Below the pieces are notes generated by a model that searched no databases, was not told the origin of the DNA, and was given only the letters and a program-made list of their open reading frames with translations. A program made the translations under genes and the position numbers. This document shows positions 9,991-19,451 of a DNA stretch of 64,000 nt, in pieces. This DNA is from Candidatus Caldarchaeales archaeon (GTDB lineage: Archaea; Thermoproteota; Nitrososphaeria_A; Caldarchaeales; Calditenuaceae): the NCBI GenBank assembly GCA_039630085.1, contig JBCNVM010000003.1, forward strand, positions 1 through 64,000, written 5' to 3'. Numbering within the stretch: position 1 is the stretch's first letter; every line of letters starts with the position of its first letter.

Positions 9991-9991
9991 G

Positions 9992-11029
9992 ATGATCGTC
10001 GAGGTCATCGCGAGGCTCGTCGAGGGGAAGTCCGTCACAGCGGAGGAGGTCGGAGCGTGCGTCGACGAGATGGCCGAGGGCGTTGCCACTCCGTCCCAGG
10101 TCGCGGCCTTCCTCACGGCGATGAGGATGAGGGGCGAGTCCCCTGAGCACCTAGCCGCGATGGCGCGGGTCCTCAGGAGGAGGGCCGTGAGGGTCAAGAC
10201 CGGCGGAGGGGTGATCGACACCTGCGGGACTGGGGGCGACTCGCTCAAGACGGTGAACGCGAGCACGATCGCGGGGCTGGTCGTGGCCGCCGCCGGCGGA
10301 AGGGTCGCGAAGCACGGGAACAGGTCCTTCACGGGCCACACGGGGAGCGCCGACCTGCTCGAGGAGCTGGGGGTCAACGTCGACGTGGGGCCGGAAGTCG
10401 TCGAGAGGTGTGTCGAGGAGGTGGGGTTCGGGTTCATGTTCGCGCCCAGCTACCACCCCTCGGTGAGGACGGTCGCCGCGGTGAGGAAGGAGATCGGGAT
10501 AAGGACCGCATTCAACCTCCTCGGGCCCCTGAGCAACCCCGCCGACACGAGGGCACACTCGATGGGCGTACCGTCCCGGAACCTCCTGCCGGTGATGGCT
10601 GAGGCCTTGAGGCTGCTCGGCGTCGAGAGGGCCGCGGTCTTCCACGGGCTGACGGGCATCGACGAGGTCTCGCCGTGCTCTCCCACCGATGTCTGCTGGG
10701 TCCTCGAGGACGGCGTCCGCTACGCCAAGGTCCATCCCGAGGACTTCGGGTTGACCGGCACGACCCCGGAGAGGTTGAGTGTGAGGTCGAGGGCCGAGGC
10801 GGTCCGGAGGGCCGAGAGGGTGCTGCTCGGGGAGGCTGACAGGGACGACCCGGACGTACAGCTGGTCCTCTGCAACGCCTCGGTGGCGCTGGTGGTCGCG
10901 GGCCTCTCCGACGACCTCAAGCACGGAGCCGAGCTCGCGTGGGAGGCCCTCTCCTCGGGCAGGGTCGAGAGGGTCCTGAGGGAGGTCGTGAGGTTGACGG
11001 GCGGTGACGGGTCGAGGCTCGAGCGGTGA
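9992..11029 (+). CDS. trpD: Anthranilate phosphoribosyltransferase
   Basis: DTCGTGGD, NASTI, KHGNRS, GSADLLE, RTAFNLLGPLSNP. Confidence 0.97.
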   Translation: MIVEVIARLVEGKSVTAEEVGACVDEMAEGVATPSQVAAFLTAMRMRGESPEHLAAMARVLRRRAVRVKTGGGVIDTCGTGGDSLKTVNASTIAGLVVAAAGGRVAKHGNRSFTGHTGSADLLEELGVNVDVGPEVVERCVEEVGFGFMFAPSYHPSVRTVAAVRKEIGIRTAFNLLGPLSNPADTRAHSMGVPSRNLLPVMAEALRLLGVERAAVFHGLTGIDEVSPCSPTDVCWVLEDGVRYAKVHPEDFGLTGTTPERLSVRSRAEAVRRAERVLLGEADRDDPDVQLVLCNASVALVVAGLSDDLKHGAELAWEALSSGRVERVLREVVRLTGGDGSRLER

Positions 11030-11801
11030 GGGCGTCCCGTACTTAGAGAGGGCGTGCGAGGGGGCCATGAGGAGGGCGAGGTCCGGTTACTACTCGGCCG
11101 CGTGGGAGCTCAAGGCTGCGAGGAGGAGCCTCACGGGCTCGCTGAGAAGCAGGGTCTCCGTGATCGCGGAGCTCAAGCCAAGTTCTCCGACCGCGGGGTC
11201 CATAAGGTCCGTCGACGACCCGAGGGCACTGATCGCGAAGATGATCGAGGGCGGCGCCGACGCGATCTCCGTCCTAACCGTTCTCGACGACTTCGGCGGC
11301 AGACCGGAGTACCTGAGGGTCGCTTCGGAGTTAGGTGCGGCGACGCTGATGAAGGACTTCGTCGTCACAAGGGCGCAGCTGGAGTTCGCCGCGAGGTCTG
11401 GCGCGAGCGCGGTCCTTCTGATCGCGAGGGCCTTCAGGCTCGGGCTCTGCGAGCTCGACGTGGACGGGATGATCGGGGAGGCCCACGACCGCTGCCTAGA
11501 GGTCCTCTTGGAGGTCTACAGGGCCGAGGACTTGGACTTCGCTCTCCGCACCGATGCGGACCTGATCGGCGTCAACTCGAGGGACCTCGAGACGCTTGAC
11601 CTGAACCTCGAGAAGGCAAGGGCGATCGTGGCCGAGTTGCCCGAGGGCGAAAGGTGGCGGACGGTCGTCGAGAGCGGCATCGGCTCCAGGTCGGACGTCG
11701 AGCCCTTCCTCGGGATGGGCGTGAACAAGTTCCTCGTCGGAACCGCGGTCATGAGGTCCCAAGACCCCGCGGCCGCGATCAGGGCGATCAAGGGTGAGTG
11801 A
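11004..11801 (+). CDS. trpC: Indole-3-glycerol phosphate synthase
   Basis: IAELKPSSPTAG, ISVLT, LMKDF, IGVNSRDL, VESGI, LVGTAVM; exact start uncertain. Confidence 0.93.
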   Translation: MTGRGSSGEGVPYLERACEGAMRRARSGYYSAAWELKAARRSLTGSLRSRVSVIAELKPSSPTAGSIRSVDDPRALIAKMIEGGADAISVLTVLDDFGGRPEYLRVASELGAATLMKDFVVTRAQLEFAARSGASAVLLIARAFRLGLCELDVDGMIGEAHDRCLEVLLEVYRAEDLDFALRTDADLIGVNSRDLETLDLNLEKARAIVAELPEGERWRTVVESGIGSRSDVEPFLGMGVNKFLVGTAVMRSQDPAAAIRAIKGE

Positions 11802-12408
11802 GGTGGAGCTCTTCGTGAAGGTCTGCGGGATCACGAGGCTCGAGGACCTGAGGGCGTTGACGGAGGCCGGCGCGGACGCCTTTGGGCTTGTCATCGGGTT
11901 CCCCAGCTCGCCGAGAAACCTCAGCCTCGAGACCGCGAGGAGGATCGCGAAAGAGGCGAGGGGAGGGGCTTCGCCGATCGCCGTGTTGAACTGCTCCGAT
12001 CCGAGGCTCGTTGAGAAGGTCTGCTCGGCCCTCGAGCCGTACGGTGTCCAAGCCTACGGCCCCGCGGACCCCGACGACCTGAGGTCGTTGGGCGTGAAGT
12101 TCCTGATCAGGCCGGTCGCGCCTGAGGTTCGGGAGCTCCCGGAAGGCTTCGACGCGGTGCTGCTTGACAGGAGCCGAGGGAGGGGGTTGCCCATCGACCT
12201 CGGGGCCGCTGCAGCGTTCGTGAGGTGGTCGAGGCTCCCCGTGATCCTCTCGGGAGGCCTGAACCCCGAGAACGTCGCCGAGGCCGTCAGGAGGGCGAGG
12301 CCCTTCGGCGTCGACGCGTCGTCCGGGCTCGAGTCGGCTCCGGGGATTAAGGACCCCGCGAAGGTCAAAGCGTTCGTCGAGGGGGCGAGGCGGGCCCATG
12401 ACGGCTAG
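11794..12408 (+). CDS. trpF: Phosphoribosylanthranilate isomerase
   Basis: [32 protein letters not shown]. Confidence 0.95.
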   Translation: MSEVELFVKVCGITRLEDLRALTEAGADAFGLVIGFPSSPRNLSLETARRIAKEARGGASPIAVLNCSDPRLVEKVCSALEPYGVQAYGPADPDDLRSLGVKFLIRPVAPEVRELPEGFDAVLLDRSRGRGLPIDLGAAAAFVRWSRLPVILSGGLNPENVAEAVRRARPFGVDASSGLESAPGIKDPAKVKAFVEGARRAHDG

Positions 12409-13582
12409 GGTCAGGTTCGGCAGGTTCGGGGGGAGGTACGTCCCCGAGACGCTGGTCGAGGCCCTAAACGAACTCGAGAGGAGCTACGAGGAGCTGAGGG
12501 ACGACCCCTCGTTCAGGTCGGAGCTCGAGAGGCTGCTGAGGGACTACGCCGGCAGGCCGACCCCGCTCTACTTCGCCTCGAACCTGACGAGGCTTCTGGG
12601 AGGGGCGAGAGTCTACCTGAAGAGGGAGGACCTCCTCCACGGCGGTGCCCACAAGATCAACAACGCGCTCGGCCAGGCCCTCCTCGCGAAGAGGATGGGG
12701 AAGGGGAGGGTGATCGCGGAGACGGGCGCCGGTCAGCACGGAGTCGCCACCGCGATGGCCTGCGCGGTCCTCGGCCTGAAGTGCACGGTCTACATGGGCG
12801 AGCTGGACGTCGAGAGGCAAGCCGCGAACGTGAAGAGGATGAGGCTGCTCGGGGCTGAGGTCGTTCCGGTTAGGTCCGGGACCAGAACGCTGAAGGACGC
12901 GATCAACGAGGCGATCAGGGACTGGGTCACGAACGTCGAGACCACCTACTACCTCCTGGGGTCATGCGTCGGCCCGCATCCCTATCCCACGATCGTGAGA
13001 GACTTCCAGTCGGTGATCGGGAAGGAGTGCAGGTCCCAGGCCATCGAGGCGGAGGGTAAGCTCCCGGACTGGGTGGTCGCGTGCGTCGGGGGCGGGAGCA
13101 ACGCGATCGGGATCTTCCATCCGTTCCTCGGCGACCCGGTGAGGCTGGTCGGCGTCGAGGCGGGAGGTAGGGGCGAGAGGATCGGCGAGCACGCGGCATC
13201 GCTCTGCAGGGGGACCGAGGGCGTCCTCCACGGAGCCTACACCTACGTCATCCAGGACGAGGACGGTCAAGTGGGGGAGACTTGGAGCGTAGCGCCCGGC
13301 CTCGACTACCCGGGCGTGGGGCCGGAGCACGCGTACCTGAAGGAGACTGGGAGGGTGGAGTACGTCGCGGTCGACGACGCCAGCGCGCTGAGGGCATACC
13401 TGACGCTCGCGAGGGCCGAGGGGATACTCCCGGCGCTCGAGCCGGCCCACGCCCTCGCCTACGCAATGGAGCTGGCACCGACGCTCCAGAAGGACGAGGT
13501 GGTCGTCGTGAACCTGAGCGGCAGGGGAGACAAGGACCTAGACACGGTCCTGAGGTGGATTGAGCGTGAGGGAGCTGGCTGA
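12398..13582 (+). CDS. trpB: Tryptophan synthase beta chain (TrpB1)
   Basis: [55 protein letters not shown]. Confidence 0.98.
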   Translation: MTARVRFGRFGGRYVPETLVEALNELERSYEELRDDPSFRSELERLLRDYAGRPTPLYFASNLTRLLGGARVYLKREDLLHGGAHKINNALGQALLAKRMGKGRVIAETGAGQHGVATAMACAVLGLKCTVYMGELDVERQAANVKRMRLLGAEVVPVRSGTRTLKDAINEAIRDWVTNVETTYYLLGSCVGPHPYPTIVRDFQSVIGKECRSQAIEAEGKLPDWVVACVGGGSNAIGIFHPFLGDPVRLVGVEAGGRGERIGEHAASLCRGTEGVLHGAYTYVIQDEDGQVGETWSVAPGLDYPGVGPEHAYLKETGRVEYVAVDDASALRAYLTLARAEGILPALEPAHALAYAMELAPTLQKDEVVVVNLSGRGDKDLDTVLRWIEREGAG

Positions 13583-14363
13583 GGCCTTCGAGAAGTCTAG
13601 GTCGGAGGGAAGGGCCGCCTTCATAGGGTATCTCACCGGGGGGTATCCAGATGCGGCCCGGTGCGTCGAGGCGCTGGTCGCGATGGCCGAGGAGGGCGTT
13701 GACGTCCTCGAGATCGGGATCCCGTTCTCGGACCCGATAGCGGACGGCGCGACGATCCAGGAGGCGACGGCGGTGGCGCTCAGGAACGGCACCAGGCCCT
13801 CGGACGTCCTCGAGATCGTTCGGGAGGTGAGGTCCCGGGCCGGAGTTCCGGTCGTGCTGCTCTCGTACCTGAACGTCCTGTTGAGGCAGGGGCTCGAGAG
13901 GTTCGCGGCGAGGGCTAAGGAGTCGGGCGTATCGGCGGTGATCGTCCCTGATTTACCGCTCGAGGAGTCGGGGCCGGTCGCTCGGGCGATGAGGGTCTCC
14001 GGGATCGGGCTGGTCCTGCTCGCCTCCCCCACAACGGGCGACTTGAGGCTCGCGAGGATCCTCGAGGCCAGCGACGTCTTCACCTATCTGGTCTCTGTGA
14101 CCGGAATAACTGGGGAGAGGGCAGAGGTTCCGAGGAGCGCGCTCCAGCTGGTGAGGAGGGCGAAGTCCCTGAGGCCTTCGGCGAGGGTCGCAGTCGGGTT
14201 CGGAGTCTCGGCGCCGGAGCACGGCAGAGTCCTCGCGTCGGAGGGAGCAGACGGTGTAGTCGTGGGGAGCAGGGTCGTCTCGCTGATGAGGGAGGGCGGA
14301 GTCGGGGCGGTCAGGGAGTTCGTCAGGGGCTTCAGGCGGTCGCTCTTCCGGGGCCTCCGCTAA
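13560..14363 (+). CDS. trpA: Tryptophan synthase alpha chain
   Basis: [47 protein letters not shown]. Confidence 0.97.
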   Translation: MSVRELAEAFEKSRSEGRAAFIGYLTGGYPDAARCVEALVAMAEEGVDVLEIGIPFSDPIADGATIQEATAVALRNGTRPSDVLEIVREVRSRAGVPVVLLSYLNVLLRQGLERFAARAKESGVSAVIVPDLPLEESGPVARAMRVSGIGLVLLASPTTGDLRLARILEASDVFTYLVSVTGITGERAEVPRSALQLVRRAKSLRPSARVAVGFGVSAPEHGRVLASEGADGVVVGSRVVSLMREGGVGAVREFVRGFRRSLFRGLR

Positions 14364-14396
14364 GGCTTATCCGCGGCCTGCTTCCTCGACCTCCGG

Positions 14397-15275
14397 ATGG
14401 AGAGGCCGCCCTGGCTTAAGGTGGTCCTGCCCCACGGCCCGGTCTACGAGAGGGTGAGGGAGGTCGTAAGGAGGCACGGGCTCCACACGGTCTGCCAGTC
14501 CGCTGTCTGTCCCAACCTGGGGGAGTGCTGGGGTTCCGGGACCGCCACGTTCATGATCCTCGGGGACGTCTGCACTAGGGGCTGCAGGTTCTGCGCGGTC
14601 ACCCACGGCAACCCGAGGGGGGCGGTGGACCTCGTGGAGCCCGAGAGGGTCGCTGCGGCGGTCTCCGAGCTCGGCCTCAGCTACGTCGTCATCACGTCGG
14701 TCTGCAGGGACGACCTCCCCGACGGGGGCGCCTCGGCCTTCGCGGAGACCGTGAGGGCGGTGAAGCGGAGGAGTCCCGGCGTCCTGGTCGAGGTTCTGAT
14801 TCCGGACTTCGGGGGCGAGAGGGGCGCGATCGAGGAGGTGGTGAGGGCGGGGCCGGATGTCGTCGGGCACAACGTCGAGACCGTGAGGAGGCTCACGCCT
14901 GTCGTCAGGGACAGGAGGGCTTCCTACGAGAGGTCGCTGGATGTCCTCAGGACGGTAAAGGAGGTCGACCCGAGGAGAATCACCAAGTCCTCGATAATGC
15001 TGGGGCTCGGCGAGACCGACGACGAGGTCATAGAGACGCTGAGGGACCTTAGGGCCGCGGGCGTGGACGTCGTGACCATGGGCCAGTACCTGAGGCCGCT
15101 CGACTCGCCCCTCTACCTCCCGGTCGTCGAGTACGTGAGGCCCGAGAGGTTCAGGGAGCTGGAGGAGGCCGCGTACCGCATGGGCTTCCTCTACGTCGCC
15201 TCCGGGCCGCTCGTCAGGAGCTCCTACAGGGCCGCAGAGGCCTTCGTCGCCTCGCTGGTGAGGGGCGTTGCGTGA
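14397..15275 (+). CDS. lipA: Lipoyl synthase
   Basis: CX4CX5C (CQSAVCPNLGEC), radical SAM CTRGCRFC, HNVETV, RSSY. Confidence 0.97.
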   Translation: MERPPWLKVVLPHGPVYERVREVVRRHGLHTVCQSAVCPNLGECWGSGTATFMILGDVCTRGCRFCAVTHGNPRGAVDLVEPERVAAAVSELGLSYVVITSVCRDDLPDGGASAFAETVRAVKRRSPGVLVEVLIPDFGGERGAIEEVVRAGPDVVGHNVETVRRLTPVVRDRRASYERSLDVLRTVKEVDPRRITKSSIMLGLGETDDEVIETLRDLRAAGVDVVTMGQYLRPLDSPLYLPVVEYVRPERFRELEEAAYRMGFLYVASGPLVRSSYRAAEAFVASLVRGVA

Positions 15276-15957
15276 GGCCAGGAGACTCCTCTTCTGCGAC
15301 CTCGGGAGGACCGATTACGACGACTGCCACAGGCTGATGCTGGGGCTGGTCGGACTCAGGTCAAGGGGGGAGGTCGGGGACGTCGTCCTCATCACGGAGC
15401 ACGAGCACGTCTACACGCTCGGGAGGCACTCGAGACCCGACCAGGTGATCGACGGCTCCGTTACGGTGAGGGCCGTCGAGAGGGCTGGAGGGCCTACCTA
15501 CCACGGTCCAGGTCAGCTCGTCGCCTACCCGGTGATCAGGCTCGCGGACTGGGGGCTGGGGCCCGCGGACCTAGTCAGGGCCTTGGAGGCCTCGGTGGTC
15601 TCCGTTCTCAGGGAGCTGGGGATCGGTTCGGAGCCGGGGAGCACCTCGGGCAGGCCGGGCGTCTGGGTCGACGGAAGGAAGATCGCCTCGATCGGTATGG
15701 CGGTCAGGGACGGAGTCGGCTTCCACGGCGTCGCGCTCAACGTCTCTGTCGATCTCACGAAGTTCCACGGGATCTTCCCCTGCGGCATGCCGCCCGACGT
15801 GATGACCTCGGTCGAGCGGGAGCTCGGCGGTCGGGTCGATCTGGATCGCGTCAAGCTGCTTTTCGTCAGGGAGTTCTCGGCGCTGCTCGGCGCCGAACCC
15901 GTCCCAGTACGGAGGGAGGATCTCGTCTCCGGGGCGATCCGAACGCTGTTCACGTGA
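15268..15957 (+). CDS. lipB: Lipoyl(octanoyl) transferase
   Basis: EHEHVYTLGR, RAGGPTYHGPGQLVAYP, KIASIG, FHGVALNV, PCG. Confidence 0.93.
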   Translation: MREARRLLFCDLGRTDYDDCHRLMLGLVGLRSRGEVGDVVLITEHEHVYTLGRHSRPDQVIDGSVTVRAVERAGGPTYHGPGQLVAYPVIRLADWGLGPADLVRALEASVVSVLRELGIGSEPGSTSGRPGVWVDGRKIASIGMAVRDGVGFHGVALNVSVDLTKFHGIFPCGMPPDVMTSVERELGGRVDLDRVKLLFVREFSALLGAEPVPVRREDLVSGAIRTLFT

Positions 15958-16054
15958 AGCCGGTCCTAAGACGGTTCGAGGCGCGCTCCGGACATGGACG
16001 CTCGTCCTGAGGCGTAATACCCTGAAATTTCGAACGTCGACGAGGTGCTAAACC

Positions 16055-16064
16055 GAATTATATC
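16055..16064 (+). promoter_or_regulatory. TATA box upstream of candidate ncRNA
   Basis: GAATTATATC in an AT-rich patch ~22-28 nt before the GC-rich structured element; no plausible + strand gene downstream. Confidence 0.5.
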
Positions 16065-16080
16065 GGATACATCAATTACC

Positions 16081-16266
16081 CCGCTGGGCGGGCCGGGAGA
16101 GGTGGTGCCTGGTTCGTGGGGGAAGCCTCGCGGGCTGGGTGCCTCGCTCGGCCCCGGAGGCCCGAAAGGGCTGCTGCGTCCGGGCGGGGCACGGGGACGC
16201 TCTGCCCACCGGCGGCGACCGGGAAGGTGGGCGTGAGGGCCTGCCCCACCGAAAGCCCGCCCGTGG
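16081..16266 (+). ncRNA. Unassigned structured ncRNA candidate (~185 nt, multi-way junction)
   Basis: Terminal helix GGGCGGGC(16086-93)/GCCCGCCC(16255-62), GGUGG/CCACC and three internal hairpins rich in G-U pairs, one with a GAAA tetraloop; upstream TATA. Confidence 0.6.
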
Positions 16267-16283
16267 TTTCTCCGAAGTTCGCT

Positions 16284-18590
16284 TCACCCACTCCTCGATC
16301 TCATCAGGGACCAGAGGTAGTCCGGGGTCAGAGGCGTCCTCTCAATCGCGATGCTCAAGTGGGAGAGCGCGTCCTCGACCGCGTTCACGACGGCCTGTGC
16401 GAACCCGATGGTCGCCGCCTCGCCGACGCCCTTCGCGCCGAGCGGGTTGGGTGCCGGCGTGACCGTCCTCTCCAAGACGAACTCCGGGACCTCGCACGCG
16501 GTCGGTACGAGGTAGTCGGCGAGGCTCTCGGTGAGGAGGTTGCCTTCCGGGCCGTAACGGACCTCCTCGAGGAGCGCTTGGCCGAGGGCCTGGACCGCGC
16601 CCCCGACGATCTGGCCCTCGACGAGCATCGGGTTGACGACGTTGCCCGCGTCGTCGACGAGAACAGCCCTCTTCACCTCCACCCGACCGGTCTCAGGGTC
16701 GACCTCGACGACCGCGACGTGAGCCCCGAACGGGTACGTCAACTTGGGGACGTGGTGGGCGTACGCCTCGAGCCCCGCCTCCTCTCCGTCCGGCAGCTCC
16801 GACTCGTCGTAGGCTGCCCTCGCGACCTCCTCGAAGCCCACCGACTTCTCGGGCACCCCCTTCACGCTGAACCGGCCCTCGACGAGCTCCACGTCTTCCG
16901 GCCTCGCCTCAAGGAGGTGAGCCGCGATCCTCCGCATCTTCTCCGTGACCCGCCCGCACGCCGAGAGTATCGCAGCGCCGCCCGAGACCAAGGTCCAGCT
17001 GCCCGCAGTACCGCTCCCGTATGGCGCGCTCTCCGTGTCCCCGAAGGCCAGGCTCACGTCCTCGATCCCGATCCCGAAGTAGTCTGCCACGAGCTGCGCG
17101 AAGGCCGTCAGGTCTCCCTGGCCGTGCGGCGACGTGCTGGTGAAGACGGTCACCTTCCCGTCGGGCTCGACCCTAACCTTCGCAGATTGTGAGGCGAAGT
17201 TGCAGACCTCGACGTAGCTGGAGATCCCGAGCCCGATCATCCTGCCCATCTCCCTAGCCCTCTTCTTCTCCTCCCTCCACCTCTGGTAGTCGACGAGCTC
17301 CAGCGCCCTGCGCAGGGCCGCCTCGTAGTCGCCGCTGTCGTACTCGTGCCCGCCGACCGTCCTGTAGGGGAACTCGTCCCTCCGGATGAAGTTCCTGAGC
17401 CTCAGCTCCGCGGGGTCGATCCCCAGCTCCCTCGCGAGCCTCTCGACGCTCCTCTCGATCAGGAACGACGCCTCCGGCCTCCCGGCTCCCCTGTAGGGCG
17501 CCGTCGGAACCTTGTTGGTGAAGGCCCCGACCACCCTCCCCTCGAAGCCGGCGAGCCTGTAGACGCCGGGCACCATCCCGAGCATCCCGGTGAAGACCGA
17601 CTGAGTCAGGTTGTAGAAGTAGGCCCCGACGTCCCCGATCGCCTGCACCCTAACGCCCAACAGCCTGCCGTCCGCCTTCACGGCCAGCTCCACCCTTGCT
17701 ACCAGTCCCCTCCCGTGCGCCGTCGATGAGAGGTTCTCGCGCCTCGTCTCGACCCACTTCACCGGCCTCCCGAGCGCGACCGATGCCGCGGGGACCGCGA
17801 CGTCCTCGGGGTACTGGGGGATCTTCGACCCGAATGCGCCCCCGACGTCCCTGACCACCACCCTTACCTTGTTCTGGGGAATCCCCAAGGCCTCAGAGGT
17901 CCACTCCCTCAGCGAGTGCGGGAACTGGTGCGACGCGTGCACCTCGAGCTGGCCGGTCGAGGGGTCATAGCTCGCGAGGACGCTCCTGGGCTCGATCGGA
18001 GTCGCCGCGACCCTCTGAACGACGTATCTGTACCTCGCCACTTTGTCCGCGGACTTGAAGGCCCCGTCCGCGTCGCCGCCCGTTCTCGTGTAGGTGAAGG
18101 CGACGTTGTCTCCGAACTCCTCGTGGACCAGAGGCGCGCCGGGCTTGAGGGCCTCCTCGGGGTCCACGACTGCCTGCAGGGGCTCGTAATCGACCTCGAC
18201 TAGATCCGCCGCGTCGTAGGCCGCATAACGGTCTTCCGCGACGACCATCGCGACCGGTTCGCCAACGTACCTGACCTTCCCCTCAGCTAGCGGCTTGACC
18301 TGAGGTATCTTGGAGTACTTGGGGTTCGCGTTCACGGCCAGAGGTCCGACCCTCGGGTTCAGGTCGGCGCCCGTGAAGACCGCGACGACCCCCTTCGCCC
18401 TAAGGGCCCTGCTGACGTCGACCGACTTGATGACCGCGTGCGGGTACCTGCTCCTCACGAAGGCCGCGTGAAGGGTCCCTTGGAGCCAGAGGTCGTCGAC
18501 GAACCTGCCCCTCCCTGTCAGGAGCTTTCGGTCCTCGATCCTGGGGACGGGCCTCCCGACGTAACGCGATGCGGCCAGCCTGATACTCAT
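16284..18590 (-). CDS. Xanthine dehydrogenase-family molybdopterin-binding large subunit (CoxL form II / aldehyde oxidoreductase-like)
   Basis: RIEDRKLLTG, DVGGAFGSK, APYRGAGRPEA active-site loop (not form I AYXCSFR), PHGQG, GQIVGG..Q, GAKGVGE. Confidence 0.92.
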   Translation of the reverse strand: MSIRLAASRYVGRPVPRIEDRKLLTGRGRFVDDLWLQGTLHAAFVRSRYPHAVIKSVDVSRALRAKGVVAVFTGADLNPRVGPLAVNANPKYSKIPQVKPLAEGKVRYVGEPVAMVVAEDRYAAYDAADLVEVDYEPLQAVVDPEEALKPGAPLVHEEFGDNVAFTYTRTGGDADGAFKSADKVARYRYVVQRVAATPIEPRSVLASYDPSTGQLEVHASHQFPHSLREWTSEALGIPQNKVRVVVRDVGGAFGSKIPQYPEDVAVPAASVALGRPVKWVETRRENLSSTAHGRGLVARVELAVKADGRLLGVRVQAIGDVGAYFYNLTQSVFTGMLGMVPGVYRLAGFEGRVVGAFTNKVPTAPYRGAGRPEASFLIERSVERLARELGIDPAELRLRNFIRRDEFPYRTVGGHEYDSGDYEAALRRALELVDYQRWREEKKRAREMGRMIGLGISSYVEVCNFASQSAKVRVEPDGKVTVFTSTSPHGQGDLTAFAQLVADYFGIGIEDVSLAFGDTESAPYGSGTAGSWTLVSGGAAILSACGRVTEKMRRIAAHLLEARPEDVELVEGRFSVKGVPEKSVGFEEVARAAYDESELPDGEEAGLEAYAHHVPKLTYPFGAHVAVVEVDPETGRVEVKRAVLVDDAGNVVNPMLVEGQIVGGAVQALGQALLEEVRYGPEGNLLTESLADYLVPTACEVPEFVLERTVTPAPNPLGAKGVGEAATIGFAQAVVNAVEDALSHLSIAIERTPLTPDYLWSLMRSRSG

Positions 18591-18626
18591 CAGCGTGTCA
18601 GAGGACCGCACGAGATAACTGTTCCC

Positions 18627-19430
18627 TCAGGTGCCGTCGGGCGGGCCCCTGACTTTCGTCGCGCCCTTCAGCCTGCCGTGGACCAGTCCCAACCTCCCGA
18701 CCTCGGAGGCCCTGAGCAACCTCTCGCAGGCCCTGATGTACCTCCTGAGGGCGGCCCGCGCGGAGCCGGACGTCATCACGAAGTCCTCGTAGAAGGAGCT
18801 GGACTCGTTCAGCGCGACCTCGGCCAATTCCTTCGCGAGCCTCACGCTGTTCGTGGGGAGGACCGCGGGAGACCCCGAGAGCGCATCGGCAAGGGCCAAC
18901 CCGACGTAATGCGTCAGGGAGACCGAGACCGCGACGGCCCTGTCGTGGTCCCTCCAGTTCATCCTGATCAGCTTGGTCCCTGGGATGAGGGCGCGTATCA
19001 GCTCCTCCTCCCGATCTGCGTCGATGGGCTCGACGTGGGCGGTGTAGGTCCCCTCCGTCGACTCAGTCCTAGGTCCGAAGAGCGGGTGCGCCAGCGCCAC
19101 AATCACGCCCTTGGACCTGAGGAGCCCCGCGGGTCCGACCAGAGGGCCCTTCAGGGCCGAGACGTCCATCAGGGACCTGAAACCGGGTTCGGACCTCGCC
19201 AGCGACCTCATCAGCCTCTTGGCCTCCCTGATCGGGACGGCCAGGAGCACCAGGTCCGCTCGCCGGGCGGCCTCGAAGACCTCGCCGACGACCTCGCAGC
19301 CCAGCTCCCTCGAGAGCTCGGCTGCGGCCTCTGACCTGCTGTCGTGAAGGAGGAGCGAGTGGCCCCTGGCCGCCAGCCTCCTCGCGAACCAGCTGCCCAT
19401 CTGGCCGCATCCGACCAACAGGACCCTCAA
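18627..19430 (-). CDS. tyrA: Prephenate/arogenate dehydrogenase
   Basis: VGCGQMGSW Rossmann motif, LLAVPI, DVSALK, HPLFGP, HDRAVA. Confidence 0.85.
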   Translation of the reverse strand: MRVLLVGCGQMGSWFARRLAARGHSLLLHDSRSEAAAELSRELGCEVVGEVFEAARRADLVLLAVPIREAKRLMRSLARSEPGFRSLMDVSALKGPLVGPAGLLRSKGVIVALAHPLFGPRTESTEGTYTAHVEPIDADREEELIRALIPGTKLIRMNWRDHDRAVAVSVSLTHYVGLALADALSGSPAVLPTNSVRLAKELAEVALNESSSFYEDFVMTSGSARAALRRYIRACERLLRASEVGRLGLVHGRLKGATKVRGPPDGT

Positions 19431-19451
19431 ACCCTCTCCGCTCGGTAGGAC

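Noticed and set aside
15958-16050. CCTAAG hairpin resembling part of a Moco riboswitch
   Set aside because: The other conserved elements are absent and it is not upstream of the molybdoenzyme gene.
16086-16262. Assignment of the structured RNA to RNase P, SRP, glycine/cobalamin/lysine riboswitch or hammerhead
   Set aside because: No P4 pairing (GAGGAAnnUC/ACAnAAnnnnGCUUA), no SRP CAGG..GGAA..AGCA helix 8, no CUCUCAGG, incomplete B12 box and no downstream gene; CGGGAGA/GAAA lacks the CUGAnGA core and third stem.
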